Source: Candidatus Micrarchaeota archaeon (GTDB lineage Archaea > Micrarchaeota > Micrarchaeia > Norongarragalinales > Norongarragalinaceae). From it: a stretch of DNA of 64,000 nucleotides. The stretch is taken from the NCBI GenBank assembly GCA_964630975.1, contig CAZVVY010000001.1, forward strand, positions 2,610-66,609. Reading direction: 5' to 3'. Position numbers and translations under genes: made by a program. The notes beneath the pieces were generated by a model, which was not told where the DNA came from, searched no databases, and saw nothing but the letters and a program-made list of their open reading frames with translations. Of the stretch, positions 42,704-51,193 are shown piece after piece. Each line of letters opens with the position of its first letter. Position 1 is the stretch's first letter.

Positions 42704-43819
42704 TCACGCTTCGTCGCGGCAAGGCGTCTTGACGACGAGGTTGTCGATGTAAACCTCTTGCAAGTCGGTTTCCTGGCCGCTTCCGGGGTCGCCCACCACG
42801 ATTTGTTCGAAGGAGCCGATGCCTCCTTGAGTGGGGAGTATCGGGCTCTCGCCAACGCGGTAAACCGTGGTCGAGCCGCCTATCGACAATTGGTAGGTGC
42901 CTTCCTCGGAGTCCGTAACGATTTTCACGTGGTACCAATTACCCGTTTCGTATTCGAAGACGGCTTCGCCGTTGCTCCAGCTTTCACCAAAGGAATAAAT
43001 CGAGGAGGCCTCGTACTTGTTGGCCATCATCCTCATCCAGGGGTAGGGCGCGTCCGCACTCGTCGCTTCGCCGCGCAAGCCGTCGCCGAACCGCGGGCCG
43101 GTTATGTATACGGGCAAGCCGTTCACCCAATGGTTCGCTTCGGGGTCGAAGCCTTCTCCCATCGCGAACGCTTCGTAGTCTTCCCCGACGTAAATCGTCA
43201 ATAAGTCGAAGTTGTAGTCGTCTTCGCTGTGGTCTTCGTCGGTTCCGAACAACAAGTCGAACTCGATTTCCACGTCCTCAAACTCCTGCCCGAAGTAGTG
43301 TATTACGCGGTTTCCGCCTTGGTTGTCCACTCCGTCGGGGGCGTCCGAAGGGTCGGCGTACTTGGAGTTGAACAACAATGCTTTTCCGGAAGGCGAGCCG
43401 CTTTCGATTACTGCGGCGGGCGCTTCAACCACTTTGGCTTCGCCGCCGCGGTAATTCACGCCTTGGTAACCCCATTCATAGTATTCGGTGTTGCCGTAAG
43501 TCGAAGTGCATTCCCCCCTCGCGCAATTGCGGGTCTCCAAAGCCATTCCTTCGGCGTACTCCTCGAAGCGTAGGTTTACCGTGGTAATGGCTTTCTCGGG
43601 ACCGCAAGCCGCGGGGCAAACCGGAGCCATTCCGGGCCCTTTTTGCAGGTAGTCGACCCGGTTTTCGAGTTCGGATACTTCGGCGCCGCACTCGTCGAGC
43701 TTTACCGTGTACTCGCCGGTTGCCTGCGAGCCGCCGAGCCAGTATCCCGCGGCCGCACCCAACAAGAGTGCGCCCGCCAAAAACATCAATAATTTTTCCT
43801 TCATAAGTGGTTTCACCAA
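42704..43819 (-). CDS. secreted beta-rich protein (possible concanavalin/LamG-like domain)
   Basis: Signal-like N-terminus (MKEKLLMFLAGALLLGAAAG); acidic beta-rich body. Confidence 0.5.
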   Translation of the reverse strand: MVKPLMKEKLLMFLAGALLLGAAAGYWLGGSQATGEYTVKLDECGAEVSELENRVDYLQKGPGMAPVCPAACGPEKAITTVNLRFEEYAEGMALETRNCARGECTSTYGNTEYYEWGYQGVNYRGGEAKVVEAPAAVIESGSPSGKALLFNSKYADPSDAPDGVDNQGGNRVIHYFGQEFEDVEIEFDLLFGTDEDHSEDDYNFDLLTIYVGEDYEAFAMGEGFDPEANHWVNGLPVYITGPRFGDGLRGEATSADAPYPWMRMMANKYEASSIYSFGESWSNGEAVFEYETGNWYHVKIVTDSEEGTYQLSIGGSTTVYRVGESPILPTQGGIGSFEQIVVGDPGSGQETDLQEVYIDNLVVKTPCRDEA

Positions 43820-43847
43820 ACAAGAATTGGTTTTTTTGTTTAATAAA

Positions 43848-45419
43848 TCATACGCGCAACGTGGGGTCGCCGTACAAAACGAATTGCAGGGCGGTCAAGC
43901 GGTCCGCGGGGTTGAATGCATTCATCAAGCGTTTTCCTTCCAGGAACGCGTCCCCGATTCTCTCGCCTTTTTCCAACCCCATCCACACGCGGTAAGTCAG
44001 GGCGGTACACGACCCTAAGTTGAGTATCTCGGCTTCTTCAAGGTCGAGGCGGCTCACGCGCTTGTTGGCGAGCGCGCTCGTAGTGGCGCCGACGAAGGCG
44101 ACGGCTCCGCTTTCCAGGAAGTGCAGGGGAATGCTTTCCTTTTCCCCCCGGTACGGGTTGGCCCCGTAACAAGCATCCGATATGACTGCCTTCGCCGCGT
44201 ATTCGCCGGTCAACGGCAGGGAAGTGCTTAAAACCAGGTAGTTGCCGGAGCCGTCGCTCGAAGTGTAAGCTTGTTCTTCAGGGGGAGCATTCCCGTGCAG
44301 TGAAAGGAAGAGGTAGGGCGACCCCGAAACGAACCGCATCAGCTCCTCAAAATCGCCTTCTTCTCCGCGAGAGTAATCCCAAGAGTATTCGGGGGGCGAC
44401 TCCCACAACTCGTTGCCCAACTCCGAGAAAACGCCGCGGCCGAGGTGCGGCCCGAAAGCGTCTTCGGATACCACGGTAACCGCTTTTTTCTCGGGTTGCC
44501 GCGAATGTGCGGCAATCGTGTTCTCCAACAATTCAACCAACAAGCGCGAACCGCTTTTTTCCTTGAAGCCGTCCGGCAGGCGCCCGACCGCCACGTCGGG
44601 GTAACACTCCTTGCACCCCGCGTAATCCGCCGAATCCAACACTCCGTACGGGTTGTCCGTCGGGATGACCGGGTCCAGCGAAGCAACGAAACCCATTCCC
44701 GGCATTTCGTTTAGCGGGGTTTCGACTTCGAAGAAAGGCATTATGTTCGGGCCGCCCACCAACAACAAGTAGCGGGGCGCGTGCCCGTTAACCAATTCCT
44801 TCAAGTCCTCGTCTTCAAACACGGCGCGCGCGGGAATGCCTTCGCTCGAAACCGTTTCGGCGAGTTCCTCCATCAACGCCTCCACTTCTCCCGCGTATTC
44901 CTCCCCGTACTTTTCTTCAAGCGCCGATTTGTCGGAAGCAATGAAGTAATCGAACCGCTCTTCTTCCGGGACGGCCGACGGCGGGTCGGCCAACTCGTTC
45001 AAGTAAACCTTGTTTTCGCCTCCCGAAAACCCGCGCTTTGCCTGTAAATACCCCTCCATTGAAACGCTTAACTCGTTTTTTTCGCCGAGGCGCACGCTGA
45101 ACCGCGTTTCGCCGCCTTCCCGCGTGTAATTCTCGTAAGCCAGCTTGGAGTCCGTGAACACGCGGACCAGCGCGCCTTCCAAGGGCCTGCCGTCCGAGTC
45201 CATCACTTTAACCAAAAAAGGTTCCCGGAAAACGAACGCTGAATAATACCCGTAGCCCAGCAATAAGCCTGCCAGGAAAAAAAACGTTAAGAGTGCGGGA
45301 AAAGAGGGGATTCCTCGTGCCTCCAACGGGTAAACCAGTTTCTCGTAAACCGGCGCCTTTTTTTGCAGCCAATCCATCAAGTCGTAATACTTGTCTTCGA
45401 GTTTTTTGTACAAAATCAA
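43848..45419 (-). CDS. membrane-anchored clan CD cysteine peptidase (gingipain C25 / clostripain C11-like)
   Basis: N-terminal TM, a transthyretin-like domain, then the His-Gly…Asp-Ala-Cys dyad in beta-strand context (YLFLSLHGN … KAVISDACYGA) with about 40-aa spacing. Confidence 0.55.
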   Translation of the reverse strand: MILYKKLEDKYYDLMDWLQKKAPVYEKLVYPLEARGIPSFPALLTFFFLAGLLLGYGYYSAFVFREPFLVKVMDSDGRPLEGALVRVFTDSKLAYENYTREGGETRFSVRLGEKNELSVSMEGYLQAKRGFSGGENKVYLNELADPPSAVPEEERFDYFIASDKSALEEKYGEEYAGEVEALMEELAETVSSEGIPARAVFEDEDLKELVNGHAPRYLLLVGGPNIMPFFEVETPLNEMPGMGFVASLDPVIPTDNPYGVLDSADYAGCKECYPDVAVGRLPDGFKEKSGSRLLVELLENTIAAHSRQPEKKAVTVVSEDAFGPHLGRGVFSELGNELWESPPEYSWDYSRGEEGDFEELMRFVSGSPYLFLSLHGNAPPEEQAYTSSDGSGNYLVLSTSLPLTGEYAAKAVISDACYGANPYRGEKESIPLHFLESGAVAFVGATTSALANKRVSRLDLEEAEILNLGSCTALTYRVWMGLEKGERIGDAFLEGKRLMNAFNPADRLTALQFVLYGDPTLRV

Positions 45420-45979
45420 TTCACCGTGTACTCGGCGAGCACTTCCCCGGTTTCCGCGTCGAAATAAGTCGCTGCCGCGCGTTGAATGGTCGTCGCCGGT
45501 AATCCCGTTTTCCCACCGTTGATTTCGGCGGCAACCGGCGGCAACTCAATCGTTTCGTGTGAATAAACCACTATTGCCTCGCGGTTGTCGAACACGGTTT
45601 CCTCCACCGCCGGCTCTCCGTAACCCGCGTAATTTTCTTCGAAGAAGGCGGACGCTTCCGCCGCCTCGAAACGCTTTTCAGGCGCTTCATCCGAAAGCGT
45701 TACACGCGCTTTCCCCGCTTCCACTCCTTCAAGAGCCAAGTACAAGCCGGAAACACGAATCGTCTTCCCGGATTCCACTACTTCAAACCCGGTTATTAGT
45801 TCGCCTCCTTCGTAGAAAGCGAAGGCCGCGTCCGAACCGCTCAAGTCCACGAGTTCAATTGACCATTCGCCCAGCGAAGCCGTTTCGCCGACGGTTAATT
45901 CAACGTCGGATTGCAGGGTTCCCAACAATAACGCCGCCGCCAACACGGCTACTGCATTCCTCATGAAAATAAATTGCAT
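45416..45979 (-). CDS. secreted hypothetical protein
   Basis: Signal peptide MRNAVAVLAAALLLGTLQS; 4-nt overlap with the peptidase gene. Confidence 0.5.
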   Translation of the reverse strand: MQFIFMRNAVAVLAAALLLGTLQSDVELTVGETASLGEWSIELVDLSGSDAAFAFYEGGELITGFEVVESGKTIRVSGLYLALEGVEAGKARVTLSDEAPEKRFEAAEASAFFEENYAGYGEPAVEETVFDNREAIVVYSHETIELPPVAAEINGGKTGLPATTIQRAAATYFDAETGEVLAEYTVN

Positions 45980-45985
45980 TTCAAA

Positions 45986-47827
45986 CTATTTATTGGCGCA
46001 GGCGTAAACGCGTTGCCTCCCATTGTCGAAAACCTTTTGCCACGAAGCGAAAACCGTTTCGTCGGCCTCCAAATGCGCTTCACGGTTGCCCAACACCACG
46101 AAGTCGATTCCGTTTTCGGTTGCCAGCAGGCAATCCCCGGAATCGTAGACTTCGCGCATTATTGCTTCGCGCCCGCCGTAATCCAAGCCGTGGCTCCACA
46201 ACCAACCCGTGAAGCCCACGAAGGAAGAGCGGCCGCCGAGAGAAGTGGGAACGCTTTGCGGAGACCCACCCGTCAGGAATACGGCGCCTTTAGGCGTTTC
46301 TTCAATCACCCATTCCGCGAAATCGAAATCTTTCTCATCGAAAACCGCGTAATGCGCGTTTTGCCCGGCTCCCAGCATCCACGCGAACGTGAGCGCTCCC
46401 GAGCCGACCGCCAGCAAAACGGCTAGGGTTGCCGCCGCTTTTTGCCGGTCGCCCCGCGAAGCAAGCTTCAACAAGGCAACGGACGCCAGAACCGCAAAGC
46501 CGTAAAAAGCGTAAGAAAGGATTTTGGCGTTGTCCCAGTCCCACGGCTGAAAACGGAACGCGTTGCCGAGCACCAGCAAGGCGATGAACGGCACCGCGAA
46601 CCGCCGCAACTTCTTCTCGAAGAACAACGCGGCCGCGCCAACAACGCCGACCACCCACCAGTTGGCGAGCCAAAAACCGGCCAACTCGAAAGCCGTCATT
46701 TCACGCATTACTTCGAGCCACCACGACCGCGCACCCGAAAACACGTCGGACGCCTGCGAAAGCATCCACGCGAGTTGGGGTGCGGCAAGAATCGCGACCG
46801 GCGCGAAAAACCATTTCCAACCCTTTTTTTCCAGCAGCATCCAACCGCCCACGACGGCCAACGCAAGGCAGGAGTGGCCGTGGGCGAGAGGCATTACCCC
46901 CGCCGTTACTCCCGCCGCAAACAACGACTTCTTGTCTCCGCGCCCAATCAAGGAAAGCGCGAGGAAAAACAACGCGTAACCCAGCAAGAGCGAGCGTTGC
47001 GGTAGGAACAACGCGTACGTCAAGTTCATGAACCACAACCCCGAATCCTCCAAGTGCGAGTAATCCTTGTCAAGCGCTCCGTCAAACTCGAACAAGCCCG
47101 CGTTGCCGTTCACGAAGAACAACAATAGCACGAGGAGCGCCGCGGCCTTGCTGCCGGTAACGCGCTTTGTGAACGCGTAACACAAGGCGAGCAAGGAGAA
47201 ACCCAGCAAAGCGTTCGGGATTATGATTGACTCGCGGAGCCCCCAACCCTCGGTTACCAGGAACGCGCTGTAAAAGTCGTTGAGAAAAGGGTAACCCATT
47301 TTTTGTCCTGCGAGTTGAGGGTATTCCGGCGGAAAATTGTCGGCGAACGCAAACGAATTGATTACGCCGTAGTGGAACGGTCCGTCCCCCCAAACGTTGA
47401 GAATGCTTTTGTACTGCCCTTCTTCTTCATACAAATAACCGTAATGGTTGATTGCAAGAAAGAGCAGGGCGCCGACCAACACGAATGCGAGCGCCCGCCG
47501 GTCGTTGCCGAGCCGCTTTGCTTGAGGCAGGCACGCCGCAACAAACGCGAACAACAATAACGTTGCCGCCTTGGCAACGAAACAAATCGAGCCGCACGCC
47601 CACGAAAAGCCGAGCAAGGCGAGCGATGAAGAGGCGAGTGCGAGCGGAATCGCCGCCGCGACCAACAACCACTCTTCTTGAAAGGCGCGCGTGCGCGCGA
47701 TGAAGCGGCGCGCGACAACGAATGAAAGTGCCGCGATTGCGTAGGCAAACAGCATGACTAGAATTTTTTTCTTTGGGTTAAAACACTTTCGCGTCTTTCT
47801 TTTTCGTGAACGTTTTTCTTTCCGCAA
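45986..47827 (-). CDS. large polytopic membrane protein with a C-terminal soluble domain (GT-C-like/YfhO-like architecture)
   Basis: About 13 TM helices followed by a roughly 130-aa hydrophilic domain; first gene of the 47.8-to-42 kb operon. Confidence 0.5.
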   Translation of the reverse strand: MRKEKRSRKRKTRKCFNPKKKILVMLFAYAIAALSFVVARRFIARTRAFQEEWLLVAAAIPLALASSSLALLGFSWACGSICFVAKAATLLLFAFVAACLPQAKRLGNDRRALAFVLVGALLFLAINHYGYLYEEEGQYKSILNVWGDGPFHYGVINSFAFADNFPPEYPQLAGQKMGYPFLNDFYSAFLVTEGWGLRESIIIPNALLGFSLLALCYAFTKRVTGSKAAALLVLLLFFVNGNAGLFEFDGALDKDYSHLEDSGLWFMNLTYALFLPQRSLLLGYALFFLALSLIGRGDKKSLFAAGVTAGVMPLAHGHSCLALAVVGGWMLLEKKGWKWFFAPVAILAAPQLAWMLSQASDVFSGARSWWLEVMREMTAFELAGFWLANWWVVGVVGAAALFFEKKLRRFAVPFIALLVLGNAFRFQPWDWDNAKILSYAFYGFAVLASVALLKLASRGDRQKAAATLAVLLAVGSGALTFAWMLGAGQNAHYAVFDEKDFDFAEWVIEETPKGAVFLTGGSPQSVPTSLGGRSSFVGFTGWLWSHGLDYGGREAIMREVYDSGDCLLATENGIDFVVLGNREAHLEADETVFASWQKVFDNGRQRVYACANK

Positions 47828-47845
47828 AGAAAGAAAAAGGTTCAG

Positions 47846-48025
47846 CGGGCCCGACGGGATTTTCTGCTTTTCTTTCTAGTGCTGCTCTTTCTTTTCGCAA
47901 AAGAAAGAATTGCATTCGAACCCGCGGCCTACTGGTGTCTCCCCCAGTTTGGACCGAAGCTTCGACTTCCGTTTCCTCGAGAGGGCTCGGAACCAGTCGC
48001 TCTATCCAAGCTGAGCTACGGGCCC
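47846..48025 (-). tRNA. tRNA-Arg (anticodon CCG) with two introns (37/38 and T-loop)
   Basis: Exons GGGCCCG-TA-GCTC-AGCTTGGATA-GAGC-G-ACTGG-TTCCGA | 49-nt intron | A-CCAGT-AGGCC-GCGGG-TTCGAAT | about 53-nt intron | CCCGT-CGGGCCC-G. A perfect 7-bp acceptor stem and 5-bp T stem exist only if both introns are removed. TATA-like TTTATTATAA about 28 nt upstream. Confidence 0.65.
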
Positions 48026-48029
48026 GCCG

Positions 48030-49169
48030 TTATTCGTTGTGTTCGCCGCTTATAATAAATGGTTCGCTTTTTCCGTTTCTGTGGAATTTTTTCTTGAATT
48101 CAAGTCGTTCTTCCCTGGTTTCGTTTATCTTATTTATTTCGTTCCCGTATTGCCCGCGTATTGCATTGATTATTCTTTTTCCTTTGGGGTGGTGCAACAA
48201 GTAATTTTTTACTTTTCCGCGGTATTTTCGATAGTAATCGGTTTTTCCTTTTTCGTGACTTATTTTCGGTGTTCGGTGCGTTCCTTTTTCCTTGGTCGTT
48301 ATGTAACCCGGGTCAAGGTAGCTTTGCGGTCGGTGGGCGCGCGAGTCGAATTCCCATCTTGCCAGGCCGGCGTGAATTAGTTCGGCATTTCCTTTTCCGG
48401 CCAGTAACAACAGGTCTCGTACTTTGTTTGCCGTCCTGCCTAGGCCGACCACGTCGTCTATTGATGCGATGAGTTCGGCGTTTCTGAACGCCTTGTTTTT
48501 TTCCAAGTAATCGCTTATTTTTTCGTTGAATTCGCTTTGGTATTCGGTTGGTTTTCCTTCCATTTTATTGGTGTTAACCAAGAGGATTGGTGGAACGTTT
48601 TTTGCTCCGGAGGTTTTCAGGATTTGCCTTAACAGGTTTGATGCGAGGACTCCTGAAGATATGGGTCCCAGGATAATACTTTGCGGGTGTTCAGCTATTT
48701 TTTCTATCACCGTTTTGTCGGGCTTTACTTTTTCTCCTTTTTTCCAGTGGTACTTGGGTTTGGACGTAAGTATTTTCGCCATTCGTTGGATGTGTTGCGG
48801 GTGGAATAATGCCAGTGTCCTGATTTTTTCCCATTTTTCTTCTTCTGCTTCTTGCCGACTTAAACCGTACACGTTTTGGAAGGTGGTGCCTATTCTTTTG
48901 CATTCGTTTTCGGCGTCTTTCGGATTTTCGTATTCGGCGAATTTGTCTTGCCAGTATTCGTAGAAGCCTCGTTGTTTTTTGTCTGGTTCCGAGTACGAGT
49001 CGTTGAATGCGCCGGAGAATTCGTCGGGTTCCTTGTACAAATAGATTCGTTTCAAGTACTCAAGTTCTTCGCCTATGCTTTCGGGTTTCACGGGCCGGTA
49101 TTTTGGGCGTTTGTATTGGCCTATTTCCATTACGTACCTGTTTCCCGTGGGCTCTTCGTAGTTGGGCAT
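48030..49169 (-). CDS. Lys-rich hypothetical protein with a PRTase-like (PRPP-binding type) motif; low-GC gene
   Basis: About 42% GC versus about 56% for the flanks; …AELIASIDDVVGLGRTANKV… resembles the hydrophobic-DD-VxxTG PRPP-binding loop. Confidence 0.5.
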   Translation of the reverse strand: MPNYEEPTGNRYVMEIGQYKRPKYRPVKPESIGEELEYLKRIYLYKEPDEFSGAFNDSYSEPDKKQRGFYEYWQDKFAEYENPKDAENECKRIGTTFQNVYGLSRQEAEEEKWEKIRTLALFHPQHIQRMAKILTSKPKYHWKKGEKVKPDKTVIEKIAEHPQSIILGPISSGVLASNLLRQILKTSGAKNVPPILLVNTNKMEGKPTEYQSEFNEKISDYLEKNKAFRNAELIASIDDVVGLGRTANKVRDLLLLAGKGNAELIHAGLARWEFDSRAHRPQSYLDPGYITTKEKGTHRTPKISHEKGKTDYYRKYRGKVKNYLLHHPKGKRIINAIRGQYGNEINKINETREERLEFKKKFHRNGKSEPFIISGEHNE

Positions 49170-49197
49170 CCTGATTTTATTTTGGTTGCCCGCCTTT

Positions 49198-50259
49198 TTA
49201 CAGTTTGCTTAGGCCGAACCAGATTAACGTGGTGAGGCCTCGAATGATGAACAAGTAGATGGACGCAATTATCCACACTATTGGGACGACGGCGAAGGGC
49301 AGCCATTGGTGCAGTGTCTGGTCGAATCCGGAGGACTCGAAGTAGTATTCCAGCATTCCGCTTGGAAGAGTACTCAAATCGGTTACTCCTTGTGCTTCCT
49401 GCGTGGCGATTTGCTTTAACTCTTCTTTTATCACGGTTTTGGCTTTCGGCTGTAATTGCGTTATTATCGTGCTTTTGGCTGAATCCGGCAAGGCATTGAA
49501 TTCGGTGCTCGCCCCCATTATTTCAGCGATGTGTTCCTCGCTCAACGCGTCTTCTATTGCTTCGTCGGAAATGATTTGGTTGATTACGCCTTCGGTTATC
49601 GGGTTACTGGAACTCCCTTGGAACAAGGTTTGGAATTGCGGGGATTCCTTGAGTTTCACTTCGGTGCTTGTCAACAAAATATGGGTGTAGTCCGCGGGAG
49701 CCGCGGCCACTTTGAGGTAGGACGTGAGCACGGCGCCGATTAACAACAGCATCAGTGCGCGCCTCGCGATTTTCCAGGCGGTCTTCCAGTTTACGGTGCG
49801 TTCGCGCGAGGTAAGGAATGCGGTTGCGCCTACGGCGATTGACAAGCCGATGAACGGGAAAAGCATCGCGGGCATGAAGAGCCCCAACGCGATTGCGGGC
49901 ACCAATGTTACGGGCAAGGCGAACAAGGCCATTGCCTTGTTGAGGCCCTTCGAGTAGAACATCGTGAATGCTAGGAGGAGCGAGTATAACGCGATGAACA
50001 AGAGAGAGGACAAGCTGAATAGCTTGTAGGGTGCGTCGGCGATGCGCGTGAAGTCCATTAAGTTCATTACGCGGAAATTGGCTTTGTCGAACACGATGCA
50101 CGAGAACAGGAATACGACGAGGAGTATTGCGAGCAACGGCGCTTTCTTGCGGAAGCGGTGGTCGAAGTTGATTTCTATTGTGGGTAGGGCTATGCGGATT
50201 TCTTTTGCCGCTGATTGCTTGAATATTGCAGGCTCTTCAGCGTGTTCTTCTTTAGCCAT
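49198..50259 (-). CDS. polytopic membrane protein (about 7 TM with an internal soluble domain); low-GC gene
   Basis: Low GC; TM helices at the N-terminus and two at the C-terminus; no known motif. Confidence 0.5.
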   Translation of the reverse strand: MAKEEHAEEPAIFKQSAAKEIRIALPTIEINFDHRFRKKAPLLAILLVVFLFSCIVFDKANFRVMNLMDFTRIADAPYKLFSLSSLLFIALYSLLLAFTMFYSKGLNKAMALFALPVTLVPAIALGLFMPAMLFPFIGLSIAVGATAFLTSRERTVNWKTAWKIARRALMLLLIGAVLTSYLKVAAAPADYTHILLTSTEVKLKESPQFQTLFQGSSSNPITEGVINQIISDEAIEDALSEEHIAEIMGASTEFNALPDSAKSTIITQLQPKAKTVIKEELKQIATQEAQGVTDLSTLPSGMLEYYFESSGFDQTLHQWLPFAVVPIVWIIASIYLFIIRGLTTLIWFGLSKL

Positions 50260-50290
50260 TTTTCAACTCCAATTACGGGGAATTCGTTTA

Positions 50291-51193
50291 TTAGGTTAAT
50301 TGTTTTGCGCCGTCGGCTTCGACTATCACCGTTGTTTCGGCTTGCGACACGAGCCCCTTGTTTATTTCGACGAGCGGAGGGTATTCGCGCAAAACGTTTT
50401 GGCGAATCAAGTCGTGTAACGCGAGTTCGAGTGACGGCTTGCTGTTGATTATTTTCGGGTACGCGGCGCGCTTGGAGAAAGGCAATGCCTGGCGTTCGCT
50501 TACGGCCCAGTTGAGTAGTGCGCGGCTTTGCGGCAGGCGAACGGGTTTGGGGTTGACGAGCGAGTAAATCTGCGTTTTGTTGGTCATTCTTTCTTCCACG
50601 CGCCCGGCTCCCGAGGTTGCGAAAGGCTCTATTGCGAAAACGTCGCCTTCCCGGAATTCGTAGTCGCCTCCCTCGGTGTTGGGCACGGCTTCGCCGGCGT
50701 GCAACACGTAGGGCGCGAGTTGGTGGCCTGACAGGTTTTCAATCGGCTTGAAGCCGTAGCCCTCAATCGTTTCCTGTATTACGCGGCCCACTTCGCCGTT
50801 CATTACTCCCGGCTTTATTGTTTTAACCGCGTTCTCCAACGCTTTCTCGCTTGCTTCCACGAGTTTTCCGTGTTCTCCCGTGAGGTCGGCGGTGAACGCT
50901 TGGTCTATTATGCAGCCGTTGACGTGCACTCCGAAGTCGACTTTGACTACGTCTTCTTCCGTGAAAACGGTTTCTTCTCCGGGAGCCGGCGAGTAGTGCG
51001 CGGCCACTTCGTTGATTGACAGGTTGACGGGAAACGCCAGGGCGGCGCCCGCGTTCTCGGTTTCTTCTTCTATCTCCGTTGCAACGTCGAGCAGTTTCAC
51101 GCCGGGCTTGACCGCGTCTTCGGCTACGGCGCGAACGCTGGACGCGACTCTCTCCGCTTCAAAGTAGTCCTTGAATTCTTCTTCGTTTTTCAT
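50291..51193 (-). CDS. map: Methionine aminopeptidase, type 2 (archaeal)
   Basis: Pita-bread fold metal ligands (…DFGVHVNGCIID…, …HQLAPYVLHAG…, …EPFAT…). Confidence 0.8.
   Translation of the reverse strand: MKNEEEFKDYFEAERVASSVRAVAEDAVKPGVKLLDVATEIEEETENAGAALAFPVNLSINEVAAHYSPAPGEETVFTEEDVVKVDFGVHVNGCIIDQAFTADLTGEHGKLVEASEKALENAVKTIKPGVMNGEVGRVIQETIEGYGFKPIENLSGHQLAPYVLHAGEAVPNTEGGDYEFREGDVFAIEPFATSGAGRVEERMTNKTQIYSLVNPKPVRLPQSRALLNWAVSERQALPFSKRAAYPKIINSKPSLELALHDLIRQNVLREYPPLVEINKGLVSQAETTVIVEADGAKQLT

Noticed and set aside
47806-48204. 132-aa plus ORF spanning the tRNA-Arg region
   Set aside because: Overlaps the tRNA gene and the antisense of the 48030..49169 gene; spurious.
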